Notes under the pieces: model-generated
The model's database searches: none
Told to the model about the DNA's origin: nothing
Seen by the model: only the letters and a program-made list of their open reading frames with translations
In this document: positions 1 through 14,658 of the stretch, in pieces
Layout of the letters: every line of letters starts with the position of its first letter
Position numbering within the stretch: the stretch's first letter is position 1
DNA from: the human T2T-CHM13v2.0 reference genome, Homo sapiens
DNA length: 64,000 nucleotides
Assembly (NCBI RefSeq): GCF_009914755.1
Contig: NC_060939.1
Strand: one strand, 5' to 3'
Program-made: the position numbers and the translations under genes

Positions 1-1507
1 CACTATTTAGCAACCATCACAGCAATTGATTCAGTCAAGAATCATCAAGTAATAACAAAACTAGTAAGAGTTTGAGGAATAAGAGGACACTTATTTACAT
101 GGTCTGAAGTATATCCCCACAAGATAATAATTACAAGGGAAAATAGTATCTTTGCTGAGTTTTTTGAAACAACCTTGCAGATATCAACCACAATAGGACA
201 AATAGATATCATATATCTCCTGATACCACACAATGAAAAATCACAGCATTTCTTCTGTGATGTTTCATGCCAAAAATGTGTAATCTGAATCTAATCATGA
301 GGAAATATAAGACAAACTCAAATGGAAAAACATGCTCTAAAAAAACTGACCTATGTTCTTCAACAATGCCAATGTCACGGAAACTAAGAAGGCTAAGGAA
401 CTGTTCTTGATTAAAAGAGATTTAAAAGGCATAACAATTAAGTGTAACAAATATCTTGTTAAAAAGGAACAATAGTGGGATGAATGGTGGAATCTAAATA
501 AATCTGGGTTAAGGGATACGGTTTATTTGTACTTCTCTTGCAACTTTTCTATAACACTGCAATTATATTATGTCAAACAAAAAGAAGGGGAGAGGAGGGA
601 ATGGAAGGAAGGCAAAACCAAAATGAAACAAAAAGAACTGATCCAGGACAGTGAGACAATTACAGCTGCTAGAACAAGTTGGTAGAGAGTAATGAAAAAT
701 AAGGCTGGACAGTAGTGTAGCAGGGACCATGAAAGTCTTTCAAGTCACTCAACATTTACTCATTCAATTAAACATTTATAGATGCTTACTATGTGTCAGG
801 AACTGGCATGAACTTGTTGTGGAAAAGAATGCTAACTGCCTACTAATATCCATTCTTTGTTTCTTCCTTAAATACAGATTTCCCAAGCCCTATCTGGGCA
901 TGTGACAATCTATCTAAACTTTACTTCTCAGCTTCTCTTGCATCTATAAATGGCTGCATAAGTAGCTCTGAATAATGAAATGTGAACATATGTGATGAGT
1001 GACACTTCCAAGCCATGCCTAACATTATGGGCTCTCTTGTCCTTTTTTCTGTCCTGCAAGCTAAGATGGGAATCAAGAAATTGAGACCTGAAGCAGTGAT
1101 TTTGAAAGTCTGTATTACTTTCATGGTAAAAGTGGTTAAAAAAAAAAAAAGTGGTAAAAGTTCCAAAGTATAGTGGAAGCACAAAGAAAGGAGTAATTAA
1201 ATGGTTCCATAGGAAAAAAGGTGTCACAGAGGGAATGCTTGAGATGAATACAAAGAACTGAGCAAAGACAAAAAAAAGAATGATATATTTAGGGAATAGT
1301 AATTGTTTCTATTTAAGCTGGAAAATATGCAACAATAGCCTTTAAGACTTTTTAGAGTCATGTGTATATAGGGGTATACATGTACATATATATTTGATAA
1401 AATAAAAAGTAATTTAAGAGATTTGGTACTGATACAAGAATAAACACATCAATGAATAAAAAGAGAGACTAAAAATTTAAATCCAAATACATTAAGATTT
1501 GAGTATA

Positions 1508-1821
1508 CTGTTGTCTCTCAGTAGCTGTGGGGAATTAGTTCCAGCAACCCCCTGCAGATACAAAAATGCAGATGCTGAAGTCCCTTATATAAAATGGCAC
1601 AGTATTTGCATATTATTTAGACATATCTGCATATCCTTCCATATACTTTATATCTAGATTACTTACAATGCCTAATACAATGCCTATACATCACTTCATT
1701 TGTGTGGATTCACTCAATGGACAGCAAATTCAAGTTTGTTTTTTGGAACTTTGTGGAATTTCTTTTTCTAAATATTTTGGATTCATAGTTGGTTGAACCC
1801 ATGGATGTGCTGGGCCAACTG
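1508..1821. mobile_element. MER2-like TcMar-Tigger MITE
   Basis: TA-flanked terminal inverted repeats (ctgttgtc...caactg); body resembles MER2. Confidence 0.75.
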
Positions 1822-2014
1822 TACTATAAAAATGGTATTTCAAACCAGTGAAAAAGAAATATATCATTCAACAGTGGGCAGACAACTGATACACTATTAA
1901 AGAAAAAAAGCATCATCCCTTGGTGCCTTGGTCCATAACTCGATCTTGAGACTAAAATAAATTCAAGAATGATTAAATATTTTTGTAGGAAAAAATGAAA
2001 TAATAAACATACTA

Positions 2015-2316
2015 GGCCAGGTGTGGTGGCTCATGCCTGTAATCCCAGCACTCTGGGAGGCTGAGGCAGGAGAATCATGAGCCCAGGAGTTTGAGACCAG
2101 ACTGGGCAACATGCTAAGACCCCATCTCTACAAAAAATGAAAAAATATTTAGCTAGGCATGATAGGTGTGCGTGTGGTCCCAGCCACTCAGGAGGCTAAG
2201 ATGAGAGGACTGCTCGAGCCCAAGAGGTCAAGGCCGCAGTGAGATGTCATTACGCCACTGCACTTCAGGCTGGGCAACAGAGCGAGACCTAGTCTCAAAA
2301 AAAGAAAGAAAGAAAA
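2015..2316 (+). mobile_element. AluJ-type SINE
   Basis: dimeric Alu consensus with A-tail, diverged. Confidence 0.85.
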
Positions 2317-2339
2317 TGTACTGGAAAAAAGGTATGAAT

Positions 2340-2650
2340 GGACAGGTATGGTGGCTCACACCACCCAGTACTTTGGGAGGTTGAGGTAGGTGAATTGCTT
2401 GAGCCCAGGAGTTTGAGACCAGCCTGGGCCCCATGGTGAAACCCCATCTCTACAAAAAATACAAAAAAGTTGGCTAGGCATGGTGGTGCACTACTTGGGA
2501 TGCTGAGGTGGGAGGGCACTTGAGCCTGGCGAGGTTGTGAGGCTGCAGTGAGCCGTGATCATGCCACTGCACTCCAGCTTAGGTAACAGAGTGAGACCCT
2601 GTCTCAAAAAGAAAAAAAAAAAAGAAAGAAAGAAGAAAGTAAAAAAAAAT
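2340..2650 (+). mobile_element. AluJ-type SINE
   Basis: Alu consensus, tandem with the previous element. Confidence 0.85.
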
Positions 2651-3376
2651 GATAATAATTATGTAAATAATTTATCTAAGAAGGACAAAAAACTCCAGTA
2701 GCATAAAGAATTTAAAGGAATTAAAATTAGTAGTAAATAAATCTACTATAAACAAAGTAACAACATAATTCCACTCAGAATATCCTGAAAACAGAGGAGG
2801 AATGTATGTGTAATACATATGTGTATAAAATATATATAATCATTTATATATAAATGATTTTATACGGACACTGTATTTCTGGAATAACACCAAAAAACTG
2901 GTAACAGTATCTCTGGGAAGAAGGGCTGGGAAAGAGGTCTACTTTATAATGTATATAATTTCAAATTATGTTTATGTGACTTTCTCAACTGAAAAAACTT
3001 AGTTCAAAATTTATGATGATAAAACAGAACTAGACCAAGAATGCCATTAATCCTGATTGACACCATTGCCTGTATCAAACCATAATGGCACAAAAAGATT
3101 GGCAGTCATTTTTTTTCTTAAGAAATTAAGTAAATAATCAACTAACTTAAAAAAAATCAAGGGAGGAAGGAAAAAAAATACTTCAACTCATGGTTCATCC
3201 ATCCTAGTTTCATAATATGGCCTTGCTCTATGGTATCTCAAATATTCCCAGATAATAACATCTTCTCTCACAGATATCCTTCTAATTATAAATCACACAA
3301 ACGTTATTTTCCTCTACTAAACTCTAATATTAAAGTTGTTTTCATTAAAATTTTCATTAAAAATTACTTTATTCTG

Positions 3377-3530
3377 TAGGTAGAAGAGAGGACTTGCTAT
3401 GTTCCCAACACACAGAAATGATACTCAAGGTGATACATTCCCCAAATACCCTGACTTGATCATTACGCATTTTATTCATGTAACGAATACTCACATGTAC
3501 CCCCAAAATATGTAAAATATATATCAATTT
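3377..3530 (+). mobile_element. Short L1MA-type 3'-end insertion with TSD
   Basis: L1 3'UTR-like accctgacttgatcattac...catgtacccc; TSD aaaaattactttattctg at 3359 and 3531. Confidence 0.75.
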
Positions 3531-3769
3531 AAAAATTACTTTATTCTGAATGGATATAATATAAACCCCTGATCAAAAGGTACACAAAGCAAAATAAGTC
3601 TTTTTCCTGTCTCTGTACCCCAGCTGTCTAGTTCCTCTTTATAGAAATAATCACTGCTATCAGTATACTCCCAGATATTTTATATGTGTGTATATGTCTG
3701 TGTGTGAGTACAGATATTAAAATTTTTAAAAACATATGCAAATAGTAGCTTTCTATACAGTGTTTATAG

Positions 3770-4140
<371 letters not shown>

Positions 4141-6712
4141 AGCCCTTGTACTTTTTACTTAACAAAACATCTTGGTGAATGTCCCCTTTTCCTTTAATGT
4201 TATGCTACATCCTATTATATAGATGTATCTAATTTATTTAATCATTTCCCAATCTATTTAGGTTGTTTTCAGTCTTTTGCCATTACAAACTCTTCTTCAA
4301 TAAAGAACCTCGTGCATGTCAGCATGTTACTGTGAAAAAGTGTGATTGATATGCCTACTAAACAAATTCTTAGGTATGTTATTGCTGGGTCAGTTTTTTT
4401 TTTCCTTTAACGTTTTTAAGGTTTTTAATACATCATTGCTAAAGTACATTCTCCAAGAAGATTATGCAAATTACACTCCTATTTGTATTATTGAAAAATC
4501 TGTCTTATGTTTCCAAACTCTAGGTAACTAATTTATTTTCAGCTTTGTTCAATGATGGAAAAAGTAGAAAATCACTGTTACTTCACTTTAATTTGACTGC
4601 TAATAAACATTTATTTGTGTATTTCTAGACATTTCTATGAATTGCACTTATTACAGTTCCTGAATTATAATAAAATAGTTGTTGAATAAATGTATTCATA
4701 TGCTTGTACATTTTTATTTTGAAGTGTTGTTCTTTCCCTTATTGATATGAATAACTAATCTTTTAAGGCTTAAAGTATATAAAGTGCCTAAACATATCTG
4801 TTAGTAAGAGGTTCTCTGTCTTCCCTATCCTTTCCTTTGTATACAATCTCATTTATTTTCACAAAAATCTCAGTGGTGGGTGGCATTATTCCTGCTTTAC
4901 AGATGAGGACATTGAGACTCAGAGCTTAAGTTGTCCAGTGTTTCTCAATGAGAAAATCCTCTTGGAAAACCAAAGCAAACCAGGCTAAGGAGTTAGGTAT
5001 ACTACTTTCAAAATTCTGTACTTGTGAAAAGGCAGAAACTTCGCAATAGGCAAATAATCTATAAAACAGTCAGATCGCACTTCTAACACAGATAGTGGAA
5101 AAGCTGCAAGTAAGGATGTAAAAAGATTTGGGAATTTTGTTTACAAGCAAGAGGGGATGATTTATAATCCTGAATATTAGTAAGGTAGATGATAAATATT
5201 CTACAATTAGAATTTGCAATTTTTGGCAGGGTTGAATCCAGGTTTTGTAGGCCCTAAAGTTTAAAGTTTCCAGAAGAAAGTAAAGACGATAGGAGGAGGA
5301 GGGGAAGTGGGAAGTGATGGCAGCAAATGTAGCTTAAACAGAAGGAACCAGGGGGAGAGTAGGAGGAAATGAAGCTTAGAGAGGCAGTCACGCTCAAGAT
5401 CATGTCAAGCCTTGTAGGCATGGTAAGAACTTTGGGTTTCATTCTGACAAACACTGGAAATCACTAAACAGTTCTGAGTAGAGAAAGGATATGATTTGAT
5501 TTTTATGTTTAAAAAGTAACTATGGCTATTACATAGAGAACTATAACGGGAGAAGAGTATAAGAAGGTAGACCAGTATGAGACTCATAGTTCATCGGACT
5601 GCTGTTGATAGCAGTGGAGGTGATGTGAAATGGTAAGGTATTCAAAATATTTTGAAGGTAGAGTCTTGATCAGACTCCTCCCAAACGCCTTCATATGAAC
5701 ATGCAACACTTAAGCCAATCAAAGCAACTGGCTCAACATAGCAGCTTCTTCATTCACACACATTTGTACATACTGTTTTTCCCAATGGCTAGATATTGAC
5801 TGTCTAAACCACTACTCACTTGTCAAGAATTAGCAAAAGTATTTTTCTCTTCTGTAAACTATTCCTTCATTTCCCCTTTCTGTATCCAACAGCACTTTGT
5901 ATTATTCCTACTATAATATTTATCATACCTGACAGTAATAATTTGAAAACTTTTTACTGCCTCCACTTGTAGATTATGCACACCTTAAGGGCTTAATTCA
6001 TCCTTGTAATTGCACAAATTATCATAAACCACATAATATATATGTGATATATATTTTGTATCTATGTTTCTATCTATTGTATTATATATATGATAGATAT
6101 TATAAATGATGTTGTGTATATGATGTATATATGATAACATCATATATTGGATATATATCATATAGATGTGTCTAATTTATTTAATCATTTCCCTATATAT
6201 TTAGGTTGTTTGCAGTCTTTTGCTTTTACAAAGTCCTCTTCAATAAAGAACCTCATACATGTCAGCATGTCAGCGTGAAAAAGTGTGATTGTATATATTG
6301 TGTGATTGTATATAAACATGAACAATGATAAAATTTGTTCAAATGCCTTCAGAAATGTCTTTTGAATTGAAAGTATTTATAATTGTAAAATCCTAAATAA
6401 CCCCTGTTTTCTTTAGAAGGGAGAGAAAACTCCTGAAGAGCTCCTTCCCCACCCCTAGTTCTGAAAAGAAATAATATTTTTTCTTTCATGAGTAAACAAT
6501 TTCAGTTTTCTGCCATTTTAGGAAGCTATCATTGATAACAAGTCCAGTCACATCTAATCATTCTAAATTTTTGTAAAGATATAAATATGATTATTGCCTA
6601 GGTACCTGATAAACTTATTTCATAAATATATCCACATATATATTGTATGATATACCTCAGACAACTGATCTGAAAATTACTTTTTTAATTTAAAAAACAG
6701 ATTATAACTTAC

Positions 6713-6760
6713 CAAATCAGTTTCCTTTTTCCTTCTTTTCTTTCTTTCTGTTTTTGGCAC
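6713..6760 (-). CDS. MYO9A: MYO9A small coding exon (~exon 32), polybasic: VPKTERKKRRKKETDL
   Basis: 48 bp, phase 0/0; ccccctgtcag|GTG ... TTG|gtaagt; precedes the C1 domain, whose exon lies outside the window. Confidence 0.93.
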
Positions 6761-7070
6761 CTGACAGGGGGACAGGAGATATATGGAAATTGTGATAACA
6801 AAGACTAACATACTTTCTTACTTCATTGCAAATGTTAAGATACTTGCTCAACAGGTAACACAATAGTCATTTCTTTATTCTCCAAGAGGAACTGTGCAGT
6901 GCTAATAAGCAAATGTGAGAAAAAATTTAAAATCTGATAAAACATAATTGCCAATGACAGCAACAGAATGGAAGGATACTTTAGAGATTATTCTTTTTTA
7001 AACCTCAGTTCTGCCCAGAAGCCACCGCCATATTAATTTAAATGATTGTTTTATTTTAATCATTAATTGA

Positions 7071-7654
<584 letters not shown>

Positions 7655-8387
7655 TGATTGTTTTAAAGATTTTACTTCCCGTATTTTAGCTGTAGAAAAC
7701 TACCATGGAGCTAAATATAAAATATATACAAAAAGGCAACATTTGGGACACGGAAAAACTCTTTTCCATATGACATTTCCTGATAACCATAGTACAGAAC
7801 AATCTAAACCCAACCTTTTAAACTTAAAAACAAACGTAGTAGAAGCCTACTAAGAATCTTCTTCAGCATAAAGACCTTAACCTAGATCTAGAACTGAAGA
7901 ACTGTCCAGAACTTATTTATATCTGAAAACTTCAAAAATGGGATTGAAGAGGTTTTGGAAATTTAAATACATATAAGGTAGAATAACTAAAAATAAAATG
8001 GAACATAATCAATACAAAATATTGATGGTATTCTTGATATGAATAGATATCTAATTATTTCATCTGGGGTACTGAAAAGAAACACATTGATAACTTTGTC
8101 TAAGCCTGATGTCTCTTCTGTAATATGGATTTTATAAAAATTATTTAATAAGGCTGAAGCAAGAATTAAATAAAATACACAACACCGAGTACGATTCTCA
8201 GGCCGTAACAGGCACTCAAAATAAAAAGGTTATTATTATTATACAGACTTCCCAAAACACGTATTTTCCTAAAACCTAATTCAAGAATAAATATAATTTG
8301 TAGGTTTTTATAAAGAGGCCACTGGGTAATACAATGAATCACATCTTTAACTATAATTTTTCAAAAGGAAATTCAGATACTTATCTC

Positions 8388-8679
8388 TTTTTTTTTTAAG
8401 ACGGAGTCGCACTTTGCCACCCAGGGTGAAGTGCAGTGGCGTGACCTTGGCTAACTACAACCTCTGCCTCCTGGGTTCAAGTGATTCTCCTGCTTCAGCC
8501 TCCTGAGTAGCTGAAATTACAGGCGCCTGCCATCATGCCCAGCTAATTTTTGTATATTTAGTAGAGATAGGTTTTTGACATGTTGACCAGGCTGGTCTCG
8601 AACTCCTGATTTCAAGTTCTCTGCCAATCTAGGCCTCCCAAAGTGCTGGGATTACAGGCATGAGCCACCGCCCCACCCC
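8388..8679 (-). mobile_element. AluS-type SINE
   Basis: Alu consensus. Confidence 0.88.
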
Positions 8680-8961
8680 GATCTCTATTAAAGCTAAGAG
8701 TATAATCTTGAGGGCAGAACATTATGTTTTAACTCAGTGAACAAAGTATTGATTACAGACGGTTTAGAAAATATGGTCTGATAAATTATAAGACAGAATG
8801 AAGTTTGGAGGATCTAAAGTGGCGCTAAGTTGACATGTTCCCTGTAATGTTTTTCTCAAAATAAAATTTTTCTCAAATTTCTCAAATACAAGATGTCCCA
8901 AACGCTCTTAAAAAGAATTCATAATTAAATCCTTTAAGTAATCAAAATATATCACATTTAC

Positions 8962-9153
8962 CTTTGTGGCTGTGCAATCTGAAGTCTTGAATTCATTCAT
9001 ATATTCATCTAAAAACACTTTAAAAGTGTTGACCCAAACTCTCACTGGAGATTCACCCAGTGAATCACGCTGCTCAAGCCTCATCGTCTTTTCCAGAATC
9101 TGTTCAAATAGTGCATAGAGGTCTTTATACCGTATGCTTTTCCCATCATCCAT
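8962..9153 (-). CDS. MYO9A: MYO9A coding exon (~exon 31): MDDGKSIRYKDLYALFEQILEK...EFKTSDCTATK
   Basis: 192 bp, phase 0/0; cttatag|ATG ... AAG|gtaaat; ORF 8908..9153. Confidence 0.97.
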
Positions 9154-9662
9154 CTATAAGCAATAAGAAAAGAAATGTATGGTTTTATAAAGAAACTCCT
9201 TAAATATAGAGGAAAGATTACACTTGTAATGGGGTAGTATTTAGAATAAAGATTAGGATCCTGATATAATTTCTAATGAGCATGCCCATGAGGTCATGTG
9301 GTATTTGTAAACTCCCATTCTAGTATGGGATGAATGCAGAATAAAACATGCTAAATTTTAGTAAAAAACCTGACGGTAATAATTTGAGGAAGTCTTGAGA
9401 ATTTCTCTTCTAAGTGTGACTTTTTAATTTTATGTAGCTATAAAGGTTATTTGCATCCCTCTTAATTACTTTCCTCCCCAGAAATGAACCTTGTTTAGAT
9501 GGTTCTACTCTAAAATTGAAAGAATGAATACTTGAATCATTGCCTAAGCATATATTAAGTAACCAATTTATTTTTCCAAAGAAGAGTGACATGCCCAGAA
9601 TAACATCATATTATTTGCAAGGAACTGAAATAGAATTTCTTTTATTTAAATGAGATCTGGAA

Positions 9663-9976
9663 TTTTTTTTTTTTTTTTTTTTTTTTTAGACGGAGTCTTG
9701 CTCTGTCACCCAGGCTGGAGTGCAGTGGCATGATCTCGGCTCACTGCAACCTCCACCTCAAGCTATTGAATGGGTTCAAGCCATTCTCCTGCCTCAGCCT
9801 CCCCAGTAGCTGGGATTACAAGCATGCACCACCATACCTAGCTAATTTTTGTATTTTTATTAGAGACGGGGTTTTACCATATTGCCCAGGCTGGTCTTGA
9901 ACTCCTGACCTCATGACCTACCCGCCTCAGCCACCCAAAGTGCTGGGATTACAGGCTTGAGCCACTGCGCCCAGCC
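9663..9976 (-). mobile_element. AluS-type SINE with an 11-nt internal insertion
   Basis: Alu consensus. Confidence 0.88.
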
Positions 9977-10642
9977 AAGTAGAGTATAAATTAAAAAGCT
10001 TTCCAGATTTTTCTCTTCACAGTGAATTAAAGAATATATTGAACAATGAAAAGCCAATAAAATATGAATTCTTTTACAGAATATGATAATTCATAAACAC
10101 TAATGCTTCTATAGACCAAAGCATTAATTGCACACACCAAAAATAAATTTTCTAAAACATGACCAGTATCATGTGAAAGTATAAGGTAAATCTCAAAGTG
10201 ATATAAACTGATATGTAGAAATCAGTGTCCATAAACTAACTGCCCTAATTCCATTAAAAGAAAACATATAATGCATTCCTCACAAAGGAAAATTAGACAT
10301 TATAGCCTAGCAATAGAGCTAAAAGGATTATGAAAAGTCACAGGCAAAAACAGAATCATACCCAGGACATCTGAAGTCAGTATCTTAAAAGATGAAAAAA
10401 ACAGCTGTAAGGTGGGAAAAAGCTACTCAAGGAAATTCAAGGGAGCTTTTAATCTGAAACCATTCAGTTTCCTTGTCTATCCCTAAAACAAAAACCATTC
10501 ATTTTCCTTGTCTATCCCTAAAACAAAAACAAGGCACTGGAGAAATCTCTTACGAAACATGGCTTTTGTATTATCTTCTACAGCGCTATCAAATTTTTCA
10601 TATGTTGAACTACTAAATATCTCCTAACATAGTCCAACTCAC

Positions 10643-10759
10643 CGCCAATGCAGATGAATAAAAGCTGAAGATATTCTGCCGAAATTCCTTCAGGGCTTTT
10701 TTAAATACAACATCCACTAGTGTATCCTTCTTGCTGTCTTCATTATCTAGGTCATTCAC
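10643..10759 (-). CDS. MYO9A: MYO9A coding exon (~exon 30): VNDLDNEDSKKDTLVDVVFKKALKEFRQNIFSFYSSALA
   Basis: 117 bp, phase 0/0; ttcccag|GTG ... GCG|gtgagt. Confidence 0.96.
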
Positions 10760-11256
10760 CTGGGAACCACAAAACGAGTTTTAGTACACAATCAACTAAT
10801 TGAAAAGAAGTAAATACAACAGTAGGCATGTATTGTTGCTTCCACAATGACTGTCCTCAAAGTGCAAGCCACAGGCTATTATAGGACTCAGGTGAAAGTT
10901 ATGACTAGACAGTCAAACTATAATTACTACTCTATGATTTCTAAGGTTCCTTCTAACATTGTATGATTCTATAGTTCTGTTACAAGAAAACTCCCGTGTG
11001 CAACAAGCTGTACCTTCCCATATGAAATTTGACAATTTTAGGAAAATTAAAGTCACTACTAAAGCCTACAACCTTAAATCCTGTCTACCCAGTCTAACTA
11101 ATGCATATCCTATTATTCACACCTTTCTGGTAAAGAACAGATCATCTAAAGCATGGAAGCATATGTAATTTTGATATCTAGAGAGTATATCCTGATATAC
11201 ACAAGTATTCCATACACAGAGCTGCTCCAGGGCCTGACGTGGCAAATAAAGTGTAC

Positions 11257-11480
11257 CTTTTTCAGAAGAAATTCATCCATGCTTTTTAAATCACTGACAC
11301 TTGCTATGATCTGGACAGAGTCATTTTGCCAATGCATAGAATCCAAAGCCACGTTGCTAATCTTCACACTTCGCTTGCGCTTAGCCTTTGGAGAAGGTTC
11401 TTTGTTCTCTTTGAATTCCTTCCGGCAACTGCCGGGCAGTTCTGGGCTCAAAGGAGGTGTTGGGTGATATGCAGCTAATT
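11257..11480 (-). CDS. MYO9A: MYO9A coding exon (~exon 29): (E)LAAYHPTPPLSPELPGSCRKEFKENKEPSPKAKRKRSVK...SMDEFLLKK
   Basis: 224 bp, phase 1/0; attgtag|AA ... AAG|gtacac. Confidence 0.96.
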
Positions 11481-13712
11481 CTACAATTCAAGATAGAAGA
11501 CCCAAAAGGACACATTTAGTAAATATATTGATAATCTTCACATCCTTCTTTTTAAAGTTCCTTTAACAAGTCACTGAAGGAAACATGCAAATATATGAAT
11601 AGCAAAGTAACATTAATGTTTGAGGTTAGGCAGCTAAGCAATAAATCCAGACAGCACATTTGTACAGAAAGCGTATTTAAAAATTACCACTTTTCAAAGG
11701 GAGATGATATCATATCTCCCAAGAAGCTGAAGTCTGATATTAAAAACCTGGATAGAAATGCTTTGCAGGACGTCAAGTTAGATCCCAAAGATCTCAGTCC
11801 CAAAGAAAAGAAGAGAATATAAAACCATACTAGCATATTAAATGCTTACTGTTAACAAAGTCATAGCTTTGCTACATGTTTGAAACAATATGTGTAGCTA
11901 TATACAAGTCCAACAAACCAGTGGAGTTTGATAATTATTATTATTTCTTTACTACAGTCTAAAGTCCTGAATACTTCTGTGATAACATTTGGTGATTGCT
12001 GGCAACCTGTTAGGGAGCCAAGTAACTCAACTGGCTTACTTCTGCTTGGGTCTCTTCAGCATTTAGGATTTTCTTAAACATCCCCCAAATAACTGTCAAT
12101 TTATTTTCTCTACAATTTTTCTCTACAAATGTTTACAACGGAGAAATTAGATTCTATGTAGCCCATTACAACTTAGAACTAGACCAGATTTGCCAAACCC
12201 TATCTGGAGCTCGATGAAAATGTTTACCTCCTCTCATTTCACATGCTTGTCTTCCCAATGTGTATGCTCGTTACCCTCTGTCCAATGGTATATCCTGATT
12301 CTATCCAAACTAACTTTGATAATAAAGGAAAAAAGTAGCCCCCTACATGCTAAATACCACCTCAGGCAGGAATTGAGAGAAACCCAATTTCAACTATGAC
12401 ACAAGAGTAAAGAATATAAAGATACAGGATACAATTATATTCAAACATATATCAACTGATTTTAATTCTATTATACAGCTTAGATATATTAAGTATCTAT
12501 TTTATTTAGCAAAGTCAGTATCTTTCTTATTAATAAAATAAATGTTTACTAAAGAAATTATCCATAATCCCATATTAGCATTAAAAACAAGGCCTACCTT
12601 AATACATTTTTTCCAAATATAAATAAAAAGCTATAATCCTAAGTTTTATACATGTGTCATTATGAAGCAAACACACAACAAAGTCTGCTTATAATATGAA
12701 TTTTCAATTAGAGTTTATACTTCTTTCTCAAGAATTAGCAGCAAAGAATATAATTGTGGGAAATAAAAAACTTAGAAGGATGACTGTCAACCAGACAAGA
12801 TATAAGAAACTGATAACCTTAGCCATTCAATAGTAGGGAATTCCCAGCTTCCTAAACCTGTAGTATTCATTTAACTTGTTATTGGTTTTATTCACATCCA
12901 TTTCTCAACTGATAGAAGCAAAGCCATAAGATACAAAAACAGGGGTCTAACTACCTTTCCACCATTCTTTCCTCTGGCATAGAGAGCTCAAGCCCATTCA
13001 CCCCTCTGGGAAGCTTGATGATCTTTCCTCCTTGTTTCTCTATTTTATCCTAGATATGAGAAGATGCTGGTTTCTTACTGTAACTGGGTCTGTTCTATCC
13101 TGCCTTAAGCTTTCTTCCGAGGACCTCTTTCTATTTTAGTCAATGCTGGTATTTCACCCACATTACCATATATCCACCTTGGATGTATATCCCTGTTGAA
13201 GAAGTTGGTATCTTTACGTAGTAGCTAAAAACTCTCAGGCATACCTGAGAAAAGGGCTTGAGAAGTGGTAATCTTCTAACATTAGGATAACTTGGAGAGT
13301 AAGTAATTTTCCCATTTAGAGAGGTCAGTTTTCTGAACGATGAACTAACTGTTGAGTACTTCTCAAATGTGTTATGCTGCACGCCCAGAAAGTTAAAATA
13401 AGAGCTATGGGACTGGGCATGGTGGCTCATGGCTGTAATCCCAGCACTTTGGGAGGCTGAGGTGGGAGGATAGGTTGAGCCCAGAAGTTAGAGGTTACAG
13501 TGAGCTATGATCACACCACTCCGGCCTAAGCAACATAGTGAAAACTTGTCTCTAAAATTGAAAAATAATAGCTATTATAAAGTGCCAGGCATCTGCTAGG
13601 TACTGAAATATAGCAAGTACTTAATATACAACACAGTGGTTAAGACTATGGACTCTGGAGCAGGACTGCCTAGATTCAACTCTTAGCTCTTCCAGTTACT
13701 GTATGTGCATAA

Positions 13713-14107
<395 letters not shown>

Positions 14108-14515
14108 TGAGGAGCAACTGACTTAATAACCATAACATGCTTACCACAGTGCCTTGCATGTAGTAAGCATTCAAATATTAGCTGCTATTAGTTATAACCA
14201 GTAATACATATTTGTTAAATGAATGAATAATGGCTACATTTTTTTAGTTTAGAAAATTAAGGCTAACCTATGATACACAGTCATTTTTGAGGTGGTTGCT
14301 GCTTCATTGTTTTGTGATGCATTTTTTGGAAACTTCTATTGTAGGAAAAATGTAACTTTATTTTTTAGTTAAGGAAGGATTTAACAATGCTGGTCCTATC
14401 TCATTAGAACATCCAGCCAACAGGATTGACATTATGAATACTACAGGAATAGCAAACTTTCAGAAAGAGTGAACAGAAATTATGAACACAAGTTCCACCC
14501 TTTGGTCACTTTTAC

Positions 14516-14658
14516 CATCTGGAAACTGATGAGCTGGAATCACATCTGTGCCTGCAAAGAGTGGCGAAACCTCTGACTGGGTAGTAGGTTTCACTCTGGT
14601 AGTCTTCTTCTCCCCTTGTTTCCCTTTGGCCCAGAATCTCATCTTAGCTCTCTGAGGT
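14516..14658 (-). CDS. MYO9A: MYO9A coding exon (~exon 28): PQRAKMRFWAKGKQGEKKTTRVKPTTQSEVSPLFAGTDVIPAHQFPD
   Basis: 143 bp, phase 2/1; taaacag|A ... G|gtaaaa; inside ORF 14460..14726. Confidence 0.96.

Noticed and set aside
11153-11467. Plus-strand ORFs opposite MYO9A exons (11153..11467, 29182..29415, 23719..24160)
   Set aside because: Antisense shadows of coding exons
12955-13049. 95-nt exon-like unit ctag|GATAAAATAG...GAAAG|gtagtt, reading DKIEKQGGKIIKLPRGVNGLELSMPEERMVE in one frame
   Set aside because: Weak pyrimidine tract and donor; the open frame does not match the phase-1 intron; no recognisable homology
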